Positions 61,001 to 64,000 of a stretch of 64,000 nt of DNA are shown here, piece after piece. The notes under the pieces are model-generated. The model had not been told where the DNA came from. It ran no database searches and saw nothing but the letters and a program-made list of their open reading frames with translations. The stretch covers positions 1-64,000 of the forward strand of contig NIVC01000661.1 in the NCBI GenBank assembly GCA_002269645.1. Reading direction: 5' to 3'. Source of the DNA: Macrostomum lignano. Lineage: Eukaryota. The position numbers and the translations under genes were made by a program. Positions within the stretch are counted from its first letter, which is position 1, and the number at the start of each line of letters is the position of its first letter.

Positions 61001-63242
61001 TCCCCTCTCTCCTTCTCCCCTCTCTCCTTCTCCCCTCTCTCCTTCTCCCCTCTCTCCTTCTCCCCTCTCTCCTACTCCCCTCTCTCCTACTCCCCTCTCT
61101 CCTTCTCCCCTCTATCCCCCTCTCTCCTTCTCCCCTCTCTCCTTCCCCCTCACTCCTTCCCCCCTTTCCCCTTTCTCCTTCGCCTCTCTCCTCCCTTCAT
61201 GCAGTAGACAGTTAAAGCTTGGCAATGCTCATATTTCAACAAACTGGATAAATTTGCACTATAAACCAAGGACACATGGTTTGCATATTGAAGGACATGT
61301 GCAATCGTTTTTGACTGTGTTGCATGCTTAATATATATTTCCCTTAGCACACAAATATCCCAACCTCAATCAATAGCCGTCTATCCCAATCCTATAGTAG
61401 CAATCAGCGAGACATCCCTTACTACCGCGCTTCCCTTCCTAAACCCAAATGGTCATTGATTTTTTAGCTGCATCCCTCAAAATGGATGCACGCATGAGGA
61501 CAGGATTTATAGCGGGGACAGGGGGGGGGTGGTCACTGACTCAAGCGGAATATGGTTCCAATTAGCAGCAGTGTTTGATCGAATGAGAGAGCCATTAGCA
61601 TTGCGGATGTCCTAATGTGTGCAACAGGACTGAATGCAAATTAATCATTGATTGTGGGTTTAACAGCCAACTCTGTCCACTGACCCCATCTGAGCACTGT
61701 ATGCTGACTGTCCACTGACCCCATCTGAGGGTTTTCAGCTCGTAAACCTATAAACAGACTTTTTAACAGTTAAAGGCAGACCCTAATATGTTCAAAACAC
61801 ACATAGGCAGGTGAAGACACACTACGAGACAGGCCATGGACACAGAAAGAGACAGACAATAGACACAATAAGAGAGATCATCGACACACTAAGAGACAGG
61901 CCATAGACACAATAAGAGACAGGCCATAGACACACTAACAGACAGGCCATAGACACACTAACAGACAGGCCATAGACACCATAACAGACAGGCCATAGAC
62001 ACCATAACAGACAGGCCATAGACACAATAACAGACAGGCCATAGACACCATAACAGACAGGCCATAGACACAATAACAGACAGGCCATAGACACCATAAC
62101 AGACAGGCCATAGACACCATAACAGACAGGCCATAGACACAATAAGAGACAGGCCATAGACAAACTAAGAGACAGGCCATAGACACCATAACAGACAGGC
62201 CATAGACACAATAACAGACAGGCCATAGACACAATAACAGACAGGCCATAGACACAATAACAGACAGGCCATAGACACCATAACAGACAGGCCATAGACA
62301 CCATAACAGACAGGCCATAGACACAATAAGAGACAGGCCATAGACACAATAAGAGACAGGCCATAGAAACAATAACAGACAGGCCATAGACACCATAACA
62401 GACAGGCCATAGACACCATAACAGACAGGCCATAGACACCATAACAGACAGGCCATAGACACCATAACAGACAGGCCATAGACACAATAAGAGACAGGCC
62501 ATAGACACAATAAAAGACAGGCCATAGAAACAATAACAGACAGGCCATAGACACACTAACAGACAGGCCATAGACACAATAACAGACAGGCCATAGACAC
62601 AATAACAGACAGGCCATAGACAAAATAACAGACAGGCCATAGACACAATAACAGACAGGCCATAGACACACTAACAGACAGGCCATAGACGCACTAACAG
62701 ACAGACCATAGACGCACTAACAGACAGACCATAGACACAATAAGAGACAGGCCATAGACACAATAAGAGACAGACCATAGACACACTAACAGACAGGCCA
62801 TAGACACAATAAGAGACAGGCCATAGACAACCTGAGACAGGCAACGATCAGCGCTTAAACATCAAGGCAGTCCCTCACCCCCAACCTCGGCAGCCTCGGC
62901 CTTCAGGTGCCCGTCATCGTGAAGGACCTGAGCCCCGGATTTCACATTCGAGTACCCGGAGTGACCTACAAGCCACTGACAGTTGACACAGCCCGGGAGC
63001 TGTCCAACAGGAACAGCCAGCTGCACAGCATATCAGCCAGCCTGGGCTTCTCCATGCTGCCCACATTCCGCCTGTCCGCCGCCCGCTATCGCGAGTTTCA
63101 TCCCGGCAAGTGCGCCTGCCATTTTCACACCGTGACACCCCGGCAGAGGCGGCCAGGCCGCGACAGAGGCTTTGAAGTTGACGGCGACATTCACAGGACT
63201 TGCTTGGGCCTCTTGACTGCACTGTTGGACTCCGTGTTGTAG
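54222..63242 (+). CDS. CPED1: CPED1 homologue (cadherin-like beta-sandwich + PC-esterase/SGNH domain), 3' seven exons
   Basis: Exons 54222-54360, 55619-55826, 56958-57105, 58077-58216, 58998-59215, 59974-60093, 62894-63242 join in phase. Motifs match human CPED1 as I recall it: LGLGPN, CQLVQDC..ESCGL, WFIPCGSC, VVFLGDSTLRG, YYPQFW, VIGGAQWL, GKCACHFH. The first exon's acceptor and all upstream exons are uncertain. Confidence 0.85.
54391..55577. repeat. 20-bp minisatellite (GAACAGGTGTGATTTGGAGT), about 59 copies
   Basis: Fills almost the entire CPED1 intron. Confidence 0.95.
55827..56222. repeat. 19-20-bp minisatellite (GGGGAGTTTCGGAGTTTTT) beginning at the splice donor
   Basis: The donor GTGAGTTTCGGAGT is the first unit. 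Confidence 0.92.
57113..57372. repeat. 15-bp minisatellite (TTGGTCTTTGTTTGC)
   Basis: Starts within about 10 bp of the donor at 57106. Confidence 0.88.
57918..58035. repeat. (TGTC)n microsatellite
   Basis: Ends about 40 bp before the acceptor at 58076. Confidence 0.93.
58357..58735. repeat. 17-bp minisatellite (GTCAGTATGTCAGGAGT), about 22 copies
   Basis: Direct reading. Confidence 0.94.
59290..59878. repeat. 16-17-bp G-rich minisatellite (GGGTGTGGGATAATTCG)
   Basis: Fills most of the intron; two GGG runs per unit. Confidence 0.94.
60325..61195. repeat. 15-bp polypyrimidine minisatellite (CTCTCTCCTTCTCCC)
   Basis: Source of the PSLLL ORF. Confidence 0.94.
61826..62830. repeat. 23-bp minisatellite (ATAACAGACAGGCCATAGACACC)
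   Basis: Ends about 60 bp before the last CPED1 exon. Confidence 0.94.
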
Positions 63243-63262
63243 GGATGAGAAGTTGAGACTGG

Positions 63263-64000
63263 CTGTCAAATTGTCACTGTTCAGTCACATTGTCACTGGC
63301 ACAGTCAAATTGTCACTGACACAGTCAAACTGACACTATAACAATCAAATTGTCACTGACACAGTCAAACTGACACTATAACAGTCAAATTGTCACTGGC
63401 ACAGTCAAATTGTCACTGGCACAGTCAAATTGTCACTGACACAGTCAAACTGACACTATAACAATCAAATTGTCACTGACACAGTCAAATTGTCACTGAA
63501 GCAGTCAAATTGTCACTGAAGCAGTCAAATTGTCACTGACACAGTCAAATTGTCACTAGAGCAGTCAAATTGTCACTGACACAGTCAAATTGTCACTGAA
63601 GCAGTCAAATTGTCACTGGCAACACTGGCACAGTCAAATTGTCACTGGCAACACTGGCACAGTCAAATTTCACTGCCACAGTCAAATTGTCACTTAAGCA
63701 GTCAAATTGTCACTAGAGCAGTCAAACTGTCACAGACACAGTCAAATTGTCCCTGGCACAGTCAAATTGTCACAGACACAGTCAAACTGTCACTGGCACA
63801 GTCAAATTGTCACTGGCACAGTCAAATTGTCACTGACACAATCAAACTGACACTAGAACAATCAAATTGTCACTGGCACAGTCAAATTGTCACTTAAGCA
63901 GTCAAATTGTCACTAGAGCAGTCAAATTGTCACAGACACAGTCAAATTGTCCCTGGCACAGTCAAATTGTCACTTAAGCAGTCAAATTGTCACTTAAGCA
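63263..64000. repeat. 20-bp minisatellite (GTCAAATTGTCACTGGCACA), runs off the window
   Basis: Starts about 20 bp after the CPED1 stop codon. Confidence 0.94.

Overview
Eukaryotic (invertebrate metazoan) genomic DNA that is very rich in micro- and minisatellites; the GC-rich exons and repeat density suggest a flatworm such as Macrostomum (inference only). Three host genes can be reconstructed by hand. (1) A 4-exon LHFPL/TMHS-family tetraspan gene (minus, 21086-35896, about 437 aa). (2) A single-exon C-type-lectin + 4 Ig protein resembling the N-terminal half of invertebrate contactin (minus, 45763-47709). (3) A CPED1 homologue (plus, confident exons 54222-63242; 5' part unresolved). Mobile DNA: an EnSpm/CACTA-type element with an intact 675-aa transposase and a divergently transcribed 6-exon accessory gene (2526-8458); a 5'-truncated RTE-like LINE with an 11-bp TSD; a broken Tc1 (DD34E) interrupted by a DD34D mariner with 198-bp TIRs; a 2-kb foldback element with a 9-bp TSD; a hAT MITE with an 8-bp TSD; a tRNA-derived SINE; and a candidate solo LTR. 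Most long ORFs in the supplied track are translations of tandem repeats. The most unusual signals are the repeat-laden transposon accessory protein, four apparently identical copies of a structured 273-bp unit, minisatellites sitting against nearly every splice site (several carrying donor-like or transcription-factor motifs), and the truncated intronless CTL-Ig gene. All splice models and family calls come from manual reading and recalled motifs, not from database searches.
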